A DNA stretch of 64,000 nt from Mycobacterium sp. (GCF_025965975.1 NZ_JAOPVX010000020.1); one strand, 5' to 3'. Positions 44,609-56,437 are shown, counted from the first letter of the stretch. Notes: a model not told the origin generated them from the letters alone. A program made the numbers and translations.

Positions 44609-45726
44609 TAACGGCTCGCCCGCAGCTTCGTAAGCGCGTCTCCGCGTCTTTGCCGGTGTTCCCATGGGACACCCTGGCCGACGTAACCGCGCTCGCACGG
44701 TCACACCCCGACGGCATCGTCGACCTGTCGGTTGGCACACCGGTTGATCCGGTAGCGCCGCTGATAAGGGAGGCCATGGCCGCGGCCAGCGCCGCGCCCG
44801 GTTATCCGACCACTGCCGGCACCCCGGCGCTGCGGGCATCCGCAGCGGCTGCGCTCAAGCGCCGATACGGCGTAACCGGACTGCCCGACGACGCGGTGCT
44901 TCCGGTGATCGGCACCAAGGAACTCATCGCGTGGCTGCCGACACTGCTCGGCCTCGGCCCCGACGACGTAGTGGTGGTGCCCGAACTGGCCTATCCCACG
45001 TACGAAGTCGGCGCACAGCTCGCCGGCTCTCAGGTACTGCGTGCGGACTCGCTGACCCAGCTCGGCCCGCAGTCGCCCGCGCTGGTCTATTTGAATTCGC
45101 CGAGCAACCCCACCGGAAAGGTGCTCGGCGTCGAGCATCTCCGCAAGGCGGTGGGCTGGGCTCGTGAGCGCGGCGCGCTGATCGCGTCCGACGAGTGCTA
45201 TCTCGGGCTCGGTTGGGACGCCGAGCCGGTTTCGGTCCTGCATCCGTCGGTCTGCGACGGCGACTTCACCGGGTTGTTGGCCGTCCATTCCCTGTCGAAG
45301 ACTTCGTCGCTGGCCGGCTACCGCGCGGGGTTCGTGGCAGGCGATCCTGCGGTGGTCGCCGAGCTACTGGCCGTGCGCAAGCATGCGGGCATGATGGTGC
45401 CCACCCCGGTGCAGGCCGCCATGGTCGCTGCGCTCGACGACGACACGCATGAACGTGACCAGCGCGAGCGCTACGCGCGACGACGCGCCGTGCTGTTGCC
45501 TGCACTGCAATCGGCCGGGCTGACGGTCAACGAGTCCGAGGCCGGGCTCTACCTCTGGGCGACCCGCGGCGAGCCATGCCGCGACACCGTCGCGCGGCTG
45601 GCGCAGCACGGAATCCTGGTGGCGCCCGGCGAGTTCTACGGTCCGCGCGGGTCAACCCACGTCCGGGTGGCGTTGACCGCGACTGACGAGCGGATATCGG
45701 CTGCTGTACAACGGCTTACGGGCTAA
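44608..45726 (+). CDS. dapC: N-succinyldiaminopimelate aminotransferase
   Basis: LPVFPWD, DLSVGTP, LNSPSNPTG, SDECY, HSLSKTSSLAGYRAG; start ambiguous (ATA 44608 or TTG 44650). Confidence 0.9.
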   Translation: MTARPQLRKRVSASLPVFPWDTLADVTALARSHPDGIVDLSVGTPVDPVAPLIREAMAAASAAPGYPTTAGTPALRASAAAALKRRYGVTGLPDDAVLPVIGTKELIAWLPTLLGLGPDDVVVVPELAYPTYEVGAQLAGSQVLRADSLTQLGPQSPALVYLNSPSNPTGKVLGVEHLRKAVGWARERGALIASDECYLGLGWDAEPVSVLHPSVCDGDFTGLLAVHSLSKTSSLAGYRAGFVAGDPAVVAELLAVRKHAGMMVPTPVQAAMVAALDDDTHERDQRERYARRRAVLLPALQSAGLTVNESEAGLYLWATRGEPCRDTVARLAQHGILVAPGEFYGPRGSTHVRVALTATDERISAAVQRLTG

Positions 45727-45800
45727 TTGGCCCCGCAAGCTGGGCCCCATCAGCGAGGTGGGCTGGCGCGAATCGCCGAACCTGCAATACCGTCGCCAGC

Positions 45801-47573
45801 ATGAGCGATTACGACGTGGAGGCGGTGGACCGGCTGCCGTTCACGACCTCGGAGAAGTCCTCGCGCTACCGCACCGAGAACTACCAAGGCGCGGTGGGCC
45901 TCAACTGGTACACGACCGATCCCACCCTGCAAGCCACCATGGCGTACTACCTGCAGCCTGACGAACTCGCGTTCGCCGAGCCGCACCTGACGCGCATCGG
46001 CGAGCTGATGGCCGGGCCGGTGTCCCGCTGGGCCGAGGAGACCGACCGAAACCCGCCGCGGCTTGAACGCTACGACCGGTGGGGACACGACGTCAGCCGG
46101 GTCGTCATGCCCACGTCTTTCAACGAGTCCCGCCGCGCGGTCCTTGATGCTCAGAAGGCGTTGCGCGACGACGCCCGGCGAGCCGGGGTGAATCCGTCGC
46201 TGACGGTCTTCGCGTCCAACTACCTGCTCAATCAGGCCGACATCGGAATGGGATGCGCTCTTGGCACCGGTGGCGGCATGGTCAAGTCGTTGGTCGCCGC
46301 ATACGCACCGCCGGATGTGCGCGAGCACGTGCTGGCCAAATTCGCGTCGGGCGAGTGGGAGGGTGAGACCGCGCAACTGCTGACGGAGCGGACAGGCGGG
46401 TCGGACCTCGGTGCGCTGGAGACGACAGCGACGCGTGATGGCGATAGCTGGCGGCTCAACGGCTTCAAATGGTTCGCCTCGAATTGCAACGGCGAGGCGT
46501 TCGTGGTGCTGGCCAAGCCCGCGGGTGCGCCCGACTCGAGTCGCGGTGTTGCGACTTTCCTCGTCCTGCGGACACGTCGCGACGGCTCCCGCAACGGCGT
46601 GCGGGTGCGCCGCCTGAAGGACAAACTGGGCACGCGGTCGGTCGCTTCGGGGGAGATCGAGTTCGTCGACGCAGAAGCATTCCTGCTCTCGGGCGAAGCC
46701 AGCGACGACGCAGGACCGTCCGACGGCAAGGGCCTTGGCAGGATGATGGAGCTGACGAATGCGGCGCGCCTTGGCATCGCGCTGTTCGCGCTCGGTAACG
46801 CGCGGCGGGCACTGGTCGAGTCGCTCTGCTACGCCGGGCAGCGGCACGCGTTCGGCGAGGCCCTGATCGACAAGCCGTTGATGCGGCGCAAGCTGGCCGA
46901 GATGATCGTCGACGTCGAAGCCGCACAGGCGCTCGTGTTCGACGGCACCGGTGCCACCAACCACCGACAGCCCAAGGGAGTGCACCAGCGCATCGCCGTG
47001 CCCGTCACCAAGCTGAAGGTCTGCCGGCTGGGAATCACCATGGCGTCCGACGCGATCGAAATCCACGGCGGCAACGGCTATATCGAGACCTGGCCGGTTG
47101 CTCGGCTGCTGCGCGACGCGCAGGTGAACACCATCTGGGAGGGTCCCGACAACATCCTCTGCCTCGACGTGCGTCGGGGGATTGAGCGCGCCCAGGGACA
47201 TGAGCCACTCTTGGCGCGCTTGCATGACGCGGTGTCGGTCTCCGACGACGACGACACCACCAACCTGGTGGCGCGCCGCGTCGAGGATCTCGGCGCCGCC
47301 ATCACTGCCTGGACAAAATTGGACGGCGCGATGGCAGAGGCGCGGCTGTTCCCGCTGGCCCAGTTCATGGGCGAGGTGTACGCCGGTGCGCTGCTGATCG
47401 AGCAGGCCGCGTGGGAACGGGCGGAACGGCGAACGGACCGCAAGGCCCTTGTCGCTCGGCTCTACGCGCAGCGGTATCTGGCCGATCGGGGACCGCTTCG
47501 CGGCATCGACACCGACGGCGACGAGGCGATCGAGCGTTTCGACGAGTTGGTTGCAGGCGCGTGGAGTCGGTAG
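45801..47573 (+). CDS. Acyl-CoA dehydrogenase family protein (AidB-like)
   Basis: LTERTGGSDL, LNGFKWFASN, LKDKLGTRSVASGEI, HGGNGYIE, IWEGPDN. Confidence 0.88.
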   Translation: MSDYDVEAVDRLPFTTSEKSSRYRTENYQGAVGLNWYTTDPTLQATMAYYLQPDELAFAEPHLTRIGELMAGPVSRWAEETDRNPPRLERYDRWGHDVSRVVMPTSFNESRRAVLDAQKALRDDARRAGVNPSLTVFASNYLLNQADIGMGCALGTGGGMVKSLVAAYAPPDVREHVLAKFASGEWEGETAQLLTERTGGSDLGALETTATRDGDSWRLNGFKWFASNCNGEAFVVLAKPAGAPDSSRGVATFLVLRTRRDGSRNGVRVRRLKDKLGTRSVASGEIEFVDAEAFLLSGEASDDAGPSDGKGLGRMMELTNAARLGIALFALGNARRALVESLCYAGQRHAFGEALIDKPLMRRKLAEMIVDVEAAQALVFDGTGATNHRQPKGVHQRIAVPVTKLKVCRLGITMASDAIEIHGGNGYIETWPVARLLRDAQVNTIWEGPDNILCLDVRRGIERAQGHEPLLARLHDAVSVSDDDDTTNLVARRVEDLGAAITAWTKLDGAMAEARLFPLAQFMGEVYAGALLIEQAAWERAERRTDRKALVARLYAQRYLADRGPLRGIDTDGDEAIERFDELVAGAWSR

Positions 47574-47590
47574 CTCGTTTCTCGCAACGA

Positions 47591-48238
47591 TCAGAGCAGT
47601 CCGAGCGACATCGCGGTCGTGACCGCCGCGGTGCGGTCCGAGACGCCGAGTTTGTTGAACGCCCGAAGCAGATGGGTTTTCACGGTCGCCTCGCTGATGT
47701 GTAGCGCCTGGCCGATCTCCGCGTTCGTCTTGCCCTTCGCCACGTGGCTGAGCACCTCGACTTCACGTGTCGACAGCGTCACCGAAGTCGGCTGGCGCAC
47801 AAAGTGAACCAGGCGGTCAGCGACCGTCGGTGCCAGCACCGTCTTACCGCGTGCAGCGTCACGCACGGCATCGGCCAACTCGGCACGCGAGGCATCTTTG
47901 AGCAGATATCCCGCTGCGCCCGCTTCTACCGCGCGCAGGATGTCGGTGTCGGACTCATACGTGGTGACGACGACGATCCGCGTGCGCGGCAGCGCAGCAA
48001 GGATCCGCTCGGTCGCCGTCACACCGTCGACATCGGGCATCCGTAGATCCATCAGAATCACGTCGGGGCGCAGCGATTCGGCCAATGCGATCGCCTCGGC
48101 GCCCGAACCCGCTTCGCCGACCACCGTGAGGTCCTGCTCCGCGTCGATCATGCCGCGCAGGCCCTCACGGACAACTGGGTGATCATCGACGAGCAATACG
48201 CTGGTCTGATGTCGCCGGCCAGCAGGCTCCGAAGTCAT
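47591..48238 (-). CDS. NarL/LuxR family response regulator
   Basis: LVDDH, DVILMDLRMP, YLLKD, LSTREVEVL..KTH. Confidence 0.93.
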   Translation of the reverse strand: MTSEPAGRRHQTSVLLVDDHPVVREGLRGMIDAEQDLTVVGEAGSGAEAIALAESLRPDVILMDLRMPDVDGVTATERILAALPRTRIVVVTTYESDTDILRAVEAGAAGYLLKDASRAELADAVRDAARGKTVLAPTVADRLVHFVRQPTSVTLSTREVEVLSHVAKGKTNAEIGQALHISEATVKTHLLRAFNKLGVSDRTAAVTTAMSLGLL

Positions 48239-49413
48239 GCAGGGACCTCGACCGTCACCGTCGTCCCACCACCGGCTGTCGGCGTCACCGACATCGTGCC
48301 GCCCACCTGCGTGGCACGGGCCCGCATACCGCGCAGCCCGAATCCCTCGGTGTGCTCATCGGCAACACCAATGCCGTTGTCCGAGACGGACAGTCGGACA
48401 CCACACTCGATCGGCGACAACGCCACCATCACCGAGTTCGCCTTGGAGTGCTTGCGAATGTTGGTGAACGCCTCCTGCGCGGCGCGCAGCAGCACCACGT
48501 CGGTCGCCATGCCCAGTGGCGGCAGCTCGCCGTCGACGCGGATCGTGGCGGTGATGCCGCTCTCTGCCGACAGCCTGTCGCATTGACGTTGGATGGCGGC
48601 GGGCAGCGAACCGTCATGCAGGGCGGTCGGGGTCAGCTCGGCCACCATCGCCCGCGCCTCGGCGAGGTTTTCGCGTGCGGTGCTGCGGATCAGCTCGACG
48701 TGCCGCTTGGCCGCCGCGGTGTCGCTGTCCAGTTCCGGTTCGACGGCCTGCGCCAGCGCGACGATGCTGGTGAATCCCTGTGCGAGCGTGTCGTGGATCT
48801 CCCGTGCCAGCCTTTCTCTCTCCGCCGCGGCACCGGCCTGCCGCGAGAGCCGAGCGCTCTCGGCGCGGGTCGCCGCGAGCTCGGCGACGAGCGCGGCCAA
48901 TCTCTCGCGTTGCCGCATCGACGTCGTGATCACGGTGCCGATGACGGGGGCCGCGATCACGCCGATGAGCGTAATGGCCACCGCCAGAGCCAGATTGGGC
49001 CAGCCGGGACCGGGGAATAGCAGTGCGAAAGCCAGCGGCGTGAGGTTGACCGCCGTGGTCACCACGATCGCGGCCGGTAGCGGCAACGTCGCGAACACCA
49101 GCGGATAGATCGCAGGCACTGCGGCGACGGCGACGGACGACGCCGACAACGCAAGGACCCACAGTCCGATCACCGCCGCGAGAAACAGCGGGGTTCGCCA
49201 ACCGAATTCATCCGCACGGATGACGCGGCGGCCGACCGCCAGCACACACACGACGATGCCCGCCAACCCCGTGACGGCGACCGGCACGTTCCCTGGGAAA
49301 CGGTGATTGAGCATCACGACACCCACACAGGCCGCGACGCACATGCCCGCGACGTAGGCCTCCCAGAGCCAGTGCCAGTCATCCTCCCGTCCTTTGGGCG
49401 GGCGGGTCTCCAC
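48235..49413 (-). CDS. HisKA_3 sensor histidine kinase (DesK/NarX type)
   Basis: N-terminal TM helices; ERERLAREIHDTLAQG; QEAFTNIRKH; DNGIG; GFGLRGM. Confidence 0.92.
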   Translation of the reverse strand: METRPPKGREDDWHWLWEAYVAGMCVAACVGVVMLNHRFPGNVPVAVTGLAGIVVCVLAVGRRVIRADEFGWRTPLFLAAVIGLWVLALSASSVAVAAVPAIYPLVFATLPLPAAIVVTTAVNLTPLAFALLFPGPGWPNLALAVAITLIGVIAAPVIGTVITTSMRQRERLAALVAELAATRAESARLSRQAGAAAERERLAREIHDTLAQGFTSIVALAQAVEPELDSDTAAAKRHVELIRSTARENLAEARAMVAELTPTALHDGSLPAAIQRQCDRLSAESGITATIRVDGELPPLGMATDVVLLRAAQEAFTNIRKHSKANSVMVALSPIECGVRLSVSDNGIGVADEHTEGFGLRGMRARATQVGGTMSVTPTAGGGTTVTVEVPA

Positions 49414-49458
49414 CTTGCGAGGGGAGTCCCCCAAGGCGCGCGGGTTCATCGAGCGATG

Positions 49459-50943
49459 CTAGCCCTCACTCGGCACCCAATTGCCGTGAAAACCGTGCGG
49501 CACCCGGACGGGAAGATGCACGGTCGCGACGGTTTCCAGCGTCTGCCCATCGAGCAACACCAAATCGCTGCGGTCGGTGGACCGGTGGTAGACGAAACCC
49601 ATGGCCACCCCGTCGTCCTCGGCGGCATCCGCCGCGGACGGAACGAACACGAACTCGCCGGGTTCGCGCCCGGCCCCGAACGCGACCGACTGGGTGCGCC
49701 GCGTTGCGGCATCGTGCTTGAGGATGGCATCGGGTGTTCCCGTTGCTCCGTCGGAGTACCCGACCGCATAACCGTACCGGTGGCGCCGGCCGACCAATCG
49801 CTCGTCAACGCGCGGGAATTCCTGCGGCGTGTCATCGAGCCGTTCTTCGGTGACCTTTCCCGCGCTGAGGTCGACGGTCCACCGGTCAAGTGACGGAGTC
49901 TCGGGGACGATGTGGTGTCCGCTGTTGAACACCGAAGCATGGCGCACGACATCGAGCACGATGCGATCGCCTTGCGGACCAGCACTGTCATACGAGTTGA
50001 GCGGATGGAAGACGTAACACGGCTGCACCTCGAACCAGCGGATGTCGGCCGCGGTCCCCTCCCGGGGCAGCACCCCGACGCGAGCCCGTCGCTCCGGCGC
50101 CCATCGGTACGGTATGCCGGCAGTGGGCGGCCCCGAGCGCTCCGATCCGCGCATGATCGCGCGCAGCACGAAATCCGGTGCGGCGTGGCGTTCGGCGAGC
50201 CGCGTCAGCATCCCGGCGACCGCTTTGGCCGGCCTGCTGTTCAGCGACGTGCCCAAGTCCAAAGCAACCGGCAGGTCGTAGAGCACGACGTACTTTTCGG
50301 TCAGCGAGAAGTCATGCATCATCGTCTGCGCGTTGAGCCGGATGTCGACGGTTCGGCGAACCTTGCCGTCGACACCTGTCACCGTGTAGCGAACGATGTT
50401 GCCGCGCATGGGGTTATACGACACCGCGTGCAGCTCACCGGTCACCGGGTCGCGTTTCGGATGCGCGGAGTACCCGCCGAACAGCGTGCCGCAGAAGTCG
50501 GACGGCCCGACGGTCTCCAGTTCGTCCGTCAGCTCGTACGGGCGCACCCCGGACTCGGTGAGGGCCAGCGTCTTGCCCGCGTGGCCGATGATGTTGGTGT
50601 TCGAGGCGAAGTCGAACCCTGCGGTGCTGGCACCGCCGGACCAGGTTTCGCCCAACGCGCGGGCCACGTCGGCGGACCGCACATACCGGTTGCGGTACCA
50701 GTGCGCCTTGCCGTCGCGCAGCCGAAGGCCGTGCGCCATCCCGGTCCCAAGGAACCAGTGATACCGGGCGGGATCCGGGTTGCCAAGCGGGTTCGGCCCG
50801 ATACGCAGATAGCGGCCGTCGAGGTATTGGGGAATCGTTCCCGTGACGTCGAGATCGATCGCGGTGATCTCCTCCCGCACGGGCGCGTAATTGCCGTTCA
50901 GGTATGGGTTCTCCGTCTCGCGGACGGGGGCTGCAGTGGTCAT
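49459..50943 (-). CDS. Carotenoid cleavage oxygenase family protein (Rv0654-like)
   Basis: NPYLNGNYAP, RIGPNP, SAHPKRDP, MMHDF, VFHPLN, EFPRVDER, VPHGFHGNW (four Fe-ligand His). Confidence 0.92.
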   Translation of the reverse strand: MTTAAPVRETENPYLNGNYAPVREEITAIDLDVTGTIPQYLDGRYLRIGPNPLGNPDPARYHWFLGTGMAHGLRLRDGKAHWYRNRYVRSADVARALGETWSGGASTAGFDFASNTNIIGHAGKTLALTESGVRPYELTDELETVGPSDFCGTLFGGYSAHPKRDPVTGELHAVSYNPMRGNIVRYTVTGVDGKVRRTVDIRLNAQTMMHDFSLTEKYVVLYDLPVALDLGTSLNSRPAKAVAGMLTRLAERHAAPDFVLRAIMRGSERSGPPTAGIPYRWAPERRARVGVLPREGTAADIRWFEVQPCYVFHPLNSYDSAGPQGDRIVLDVVRHASVFNSGHHIVPETPSLDRWTVDLSAGKVTEERLDDTPQEFPRVDERLVGRRHRYGYAVGYSDGATGTPDAILKHDAATRRTQSVAFGAGREPGEFVFVPSAADAAEDDGVAMGFVYHRSTDRSDLVLLDGQTLETVATVHLPVRVPHGFHGNWVPSEG

Positions 50944-51035
50944 GTGTTGATCGTGCGCCGATCCGATGCCGCCGCGCGACCCCCTGACGGTTGAATTCGC
51001 TGTCCATCGACCGGTTGATAGCGGCCGATTCGGCT

Positions 51036-51092
51036 CAAGATTGCACTGAGGGTCGTGATCCTGCGGCGGCAACAGCCTTGAGCGCAATCTTG
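51036..51092. terminator. Imperfect inverted repeat (REP-like/terminator) after the PucR regulator
   Basis: CAAGATTGCACTGAGG ... CCTTGAGCGCAATCTTG. Confidence 0.45.
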
Positions 51093-51114
51093 GCGCCAGG
51101 ACAGCCCACAGCCC

Positions 51115-52815
51115 TCAGCGCTCGGTCGCCCGCAACCCAAGGGCGAGCACAAGGCGGTCGTCGGGGTCGTCGAGCGACGTCGACAGCAGTTTTTCGATCC
51201 GGCGGACGCGATAGCGCACCGTGTTCGGGTGCACGTGCAGGCGCTGCGCCACCGCCCCGATGTCACCGAACCCGTCCAGATACGCCCGCAATGTATCGGC
51301 GAGCATCGGCTCCTGGTCGCGCAGCTGCCGCACCCGCGGGTCTACCAGCCGCGGCTGCCCGGCCACCTGCGACACGATCTCGTCGAGGAGCACCGTGGTG
51401 CGGGCCTCGTCGAGCGAGCTGACCTGTCCGATGGCACCGGGGTGCCGCTCGGCGCTGTCGAACACCCGATCCGCTTCGGCGCGGGCCGCCGCGGCGCCTG
51501 CCAGGCCGGCCAGCGGGGCGGCGATCACCGCACGCAGCGTCAGGCCGAGTTCTCGACGCAACGCCGCGACCACACCGCGCACCCACGATGTCACCGACGA
51601 CGACCCGCCGGTCACGGGCAGCAGCACGTACACCCGCTCACCCGTTGACGCGATTTGAGCGTCAGCTCGAAAGGCCCCGGCGCTCAACGCAATCACGTCG
51701 GCCGGGACCGACGTTTCGACGCCGACGAACCCGATCAACGCGGCGCGGCCGTCGACCGCGATGCCCAACTCGCGGGCGATCGCGCCGACGTCCACGTCAA
51801 CCCCGACTGTCCTCGATGTCGCCGCCGCCGCGGCTCCCAGACCGAATGTCGCCGCCGCCGCGGCTCCGATACCGAATGTCGCCGCCGCTGCGGCTCCCAG
51901 GCCGAGCAGTTCGTGCACTCGCACGGTGTGCGTCGACGGTGAGGCCGCCAGCCGCGCCATGATGCGGGCCGCCAGCACCGCGCCGCCGCGCAGGATCTCC
52001 TCAACGTCGTCGGCCAGCGGCGCCGATCCCTGCTGCAGCCATATCGTTCCGGCGAAACCGGGCCTGCGGCGGGCATCCGTCGGCGGCAGATGAATGCCGA
52101 CAGCGAGGCGCGGTCGCAGCCCCAACTCCGGGCGCTCGGCGACCCGGACCACGTCGCCGCCGGCGCGCAATGCATCGAAAATGCCCCACTGGCCGATCCA
52201 CTCGAGGTGTTCGGGCGGGCCGGCGCGGCCCAGAATCGTCAGGCGACGCAGTTCGTCGGCCTCCGCGCTGGACGCCGAGTACGCCAGCATGTGCGACGCC
52301 TCGTCCTCGATGCTGATCATGCCGTGGGTGCGGTCGGCGATGGATTGCGCGAGTCCGAACAAGTCGGTGCCGGAGTCGTACTGCGGGTCCCCGCGGTCGC
52401 CATGGTGCTCGAAGGCATGGTTGACCAGTCGGTAAAGCAGCTCCCACCGCGCCCGCGGTTCGACGGCCACGATCGCGATGCCGAGCGCGACCGCCCGCTT
52501 GACGGCGGCGGGCGACGGTTCCTTGACGAAGATGGCCGCGGGGGGTTGGAGCCGCTCGGCAGGCGACATCCGACCTGTGCCGGCCTGCCGGCCGATCCAG
52601 CGCAGGGCTTCGGCGTCGGACACGCCGAGCAGGAAGAACAGATCGGCAGAACCGGGGCCGACGGAGAGCCCGAGCCGCACGTCGTCGGCGTCGACGAGCG
52701 CGACCGAACCCACCGGCATGTCAAGGCCACGTGGCGCCTCAACCAGCGAGACCATCGTGCGATCGAGGGCAAGCAGAAGCTGCCCGAGACCCAGCCCGGA
52801 CGTCTGCACCGCCAT
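51115..52815 (-). CDS. pruC: PucR family regulator of proline utilisation (Rv1186c/PruC-like)
   Basis: Divergent from pruA; C-terminal HTH AVAQRLHVHPNTVRYRVRR. Confidence 0.8.
   Translation of the reverse strand: MAVQTSGLGLGQLLLALDRTMVSLVEAPRGLDMPVGSVALVDADDVRLGLSVGPGSADLFFLLGVSDAEALRWIGRQAGTGRMSPAERLQPPAAIFVKEPSPAAVKRAVALGIAIVAVEPRARWELLYRLVNHAFEHHGDRGDPQYDSGTDLFGLAQSIADRTHGMISIEDEASHMLAYSASSAEADELRRLTILGRAGPPEHLEWIGQWGIFDALRAGGDVVRVAERPELGLRPRLAVGIHLPPTDARRRPGFAGTIWLQQGSAPLADDVEEILRGGAVLAARIMARLAASPSTHTVRVHELLGLGAAAAATFGIGAAAAATFGLGAAAAATSRTVGVDVDVGAIARELGIAVDGRAALIGFVGVETSVPADVIALSAGAFRADAQIASTGERVYVLLPVTGGSSSVTSWVRGVVAALRRELGLTLRAVIAAPLAGLAGAAAARAEADRVFDSAERHPGAIGQVSSLDEARTTVLLDEIVSQVAGQPRLVDPRVRQLRDQEPMLADTLRAYLDGFGDIGAVAQRLHVHPNTVRYRVRRIEKLLSTSLDDPDDRLVLALGLRATER
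51816..51905 (-). repeat. 30-bp in-frame tandem repeat x3 inside pruC
   Basis: ATGTCGCCGCCGCCGCGGCTCCCAGACCGA period 30; encodes (F/L)G(L/I)GAAAAAT. Confidence 0.9.
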
Positions 52816-52908
52816 ACCGCACTCCTTTGTCGGATTCGACTATAGATGCCACAGTGTGTTGTCGGATCGGCCATCGGCTTGAGTGTCGCCAAGCGGCATT
52901 CTTGCTGC

Positions 52909-54545
<1,637 letters not shown>

Positions 54546-54546
<1 letters not shown>

Positions 54547-55544
54547 TGGCCACTGTGCCGTCGGCTCTTCGCGCAAGCGCTCATCGCGCGTTCCAGCGGG
54601 TCGCGCGCCCGGCGATCCTGGCCGTCAGCAGGCAGGAAGGGCTACGGTGGACCGCCGAGCGGCTGCCCGTCACTCGTGACGTGGTGCACCGGTTCGTGCC
54701 AGGCGAAACCGTCGCCGACGCAATGAACTCCGTTGAGCAACTGCGGTATTCGGGGCGCCTAGTCAGCATCGACTATCTCGGTGAGGACGTCACCGACGTT
54801 GACACGGCGAACGCGACGGTCAGCGCCTACCTCGAGTTGCTCGACGCGCTCGGCACCCGCACCGAACCCGCGTCGAAAGTGCGGCCGGTGGAGGTGTCCG
54901 TGAAGCTCTCAGCGTTGGGCCAGGCGCTGCCGCGCGACGGCGAGAAGATCGCGCTGGAGAACGCCCATGCGATCTGCGAACGGGCGCAGCGGGTGGGCGC
55001 GTGGGTGAGCGTCGACGCAGAAGACCACACCACCACGGACTCGACCCTGTCGATCGTGCGGGACCTACGCACCGAGTTCGATTGGCTGGGAACGGTTTTG
55101 CAGGCCTACCTGAAGCGCACAGAGGGTGACTGCCGCGAGTTTGCGGCGTCAGGAGCGCGGATTCGGTTGTGCAAGGGTGCTTACGACGAACCCGCGTCGG
55201 TGGCATACCGCGCCGGCGACGATGTCACCGATTCCTACCTGCGCTGCCTTCAGGTGTTGATGGCGGGGTCCGGCTATCCGATGGTGGCCTCCCACGATCC
55301 GCAGATCATCGACGCGGTGCCAGCGCTGGCCCGCGAGACTGGCCGCGGGGTGGACGATTTCGAGTACCAGATGCTGTACGGCATCCGCGACGCCGAGCAA
55401 CGTCGGCTGGCCGACGATGGCAATCACGTCAGGGTCTACGTGCCATTCGGCACGCAGTGGTACGGCTACTTCGTGCGGCGGCTGGCCGAGCGCCCGGCCA
55501 ACCTGACGTTCTTCCTGCGGGCGCTGGCTGAGCGCCGACACTAG
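54546..55544 (+). CDS. pruB: Proline dehydrogenase
   Basis: RFVPGE, VDAED, RLCKGAY, ASHD, EYQMLYG, VYVPFG..WYGYFVRRLAERP. Confidence 0.95.
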
Positions 55545-55656
55545 TCGACGAAGAATGGCGGGGATCATGGTCGGCGAGAACGGTATCCAGATCTCCGGCG
55601 GGTACGGCATCCGAACAGCCGACGATGAGTTCGCGGATGGCTTCCACGTCACTCAT
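55541..55656 (-). pseudogene. Truncated SnoaL/DUF4440 (NTF2-like) fragment
   Basis: MSDVEAIRELIVGCSDAVPAGDLDTVLADHDP resembles the YybH/SnoaL N-terminus, then runs into the pruB 3' end. Confidence 0.5.
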
Positions 55657-55839
55657 CGGCCTTGCAACCCTTGTACTCGGCGCTGCCCCCGGATGACACG
55701 AGGACGTAGCCGGCGCTGGCGAACAGGACGGGCATCATCGCCATCATTCCGTATATCGCGGTCATCGTGTCACCCCTCTCGGAAGTCTGTCTTGTTGGTT
55801 AGTTTGTTCAACGGTTCAGACCGCAAGTCGGTTCAATAC

Positions 55840-56373
55840 TTATCGCGTGAGGTCGAATCTCGTGGCGCCGTAGGGCTCTGCGGTGCCGAACGCGAACACA
55901 GTGGCTGGCGTGATCTTGTAGACGTGCCACGGCGGCGGGCCCGCCGACGGCGCGCTGTATTCGGCGGTCAAGGCGTCCCCGTCGACCTGCGACGGCCAAC
56001 CGCCCCTGTGGTATGCGTCGGCGACGGAACGCAGCTCGTCGGCATCGGTGACGCGCCCGGCCCTGCCCTCGATCACCAGGTCAAACGGATGCGTCGCGAC
56101 GCTGACCACGCAGCGTGGGTCGGCTGCGATGTTGCGTGACTTGCGGGTCCCCGGTCCAGACGTGAAGTACCAGACGCCGTCGAGCTGGACGAAGCCCACC
56201 GGCGTCAGGTGCGGTGAGCCGTCGGGGTTGATCGTCGTCAGCCACGGTGTGTGCCGGTCGGGTCCGCCGGTGCCAGGCGCCTGCGCGATGTCGGAGGTCA
56301 GCGTGTCACGGACCCGCGCCCAGTCGATCGGCGGCGTGCCGTAGCCGTCGAGGTTCTTTGATTTGGTGTTCAT
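55840..56373 (-). CDS. Pyridoxamine 5'-phosphate oxidase family protein
   Basis: WLTTINPDGSPHLTPV, TRKSRNIAADPRC. Confidence 0.85.
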   Translation of the reverse strand: MNTKSKNLDGYGTPPIDWARVRDTLTSDIAQAPGTGGPDRHTPWLTTINPDGSPHLTPVGFVQLDGVWYFTSGPGTRKSRNIAADPRCVVSVATHPFDLVIEGRAGRVTDADELRSVADAYHRGGWPSQVDGDALTAEYSAPSAGPPPWHVYKITPATVFAFGTAEPYGATRFDLTR

Positions 56374-56437
56374 GTCCGTATAGACCAACGGTGCCCGATG
56401 AAGTCATCGCCGCCGCTGGACAACCGGGCGCCTGCGA

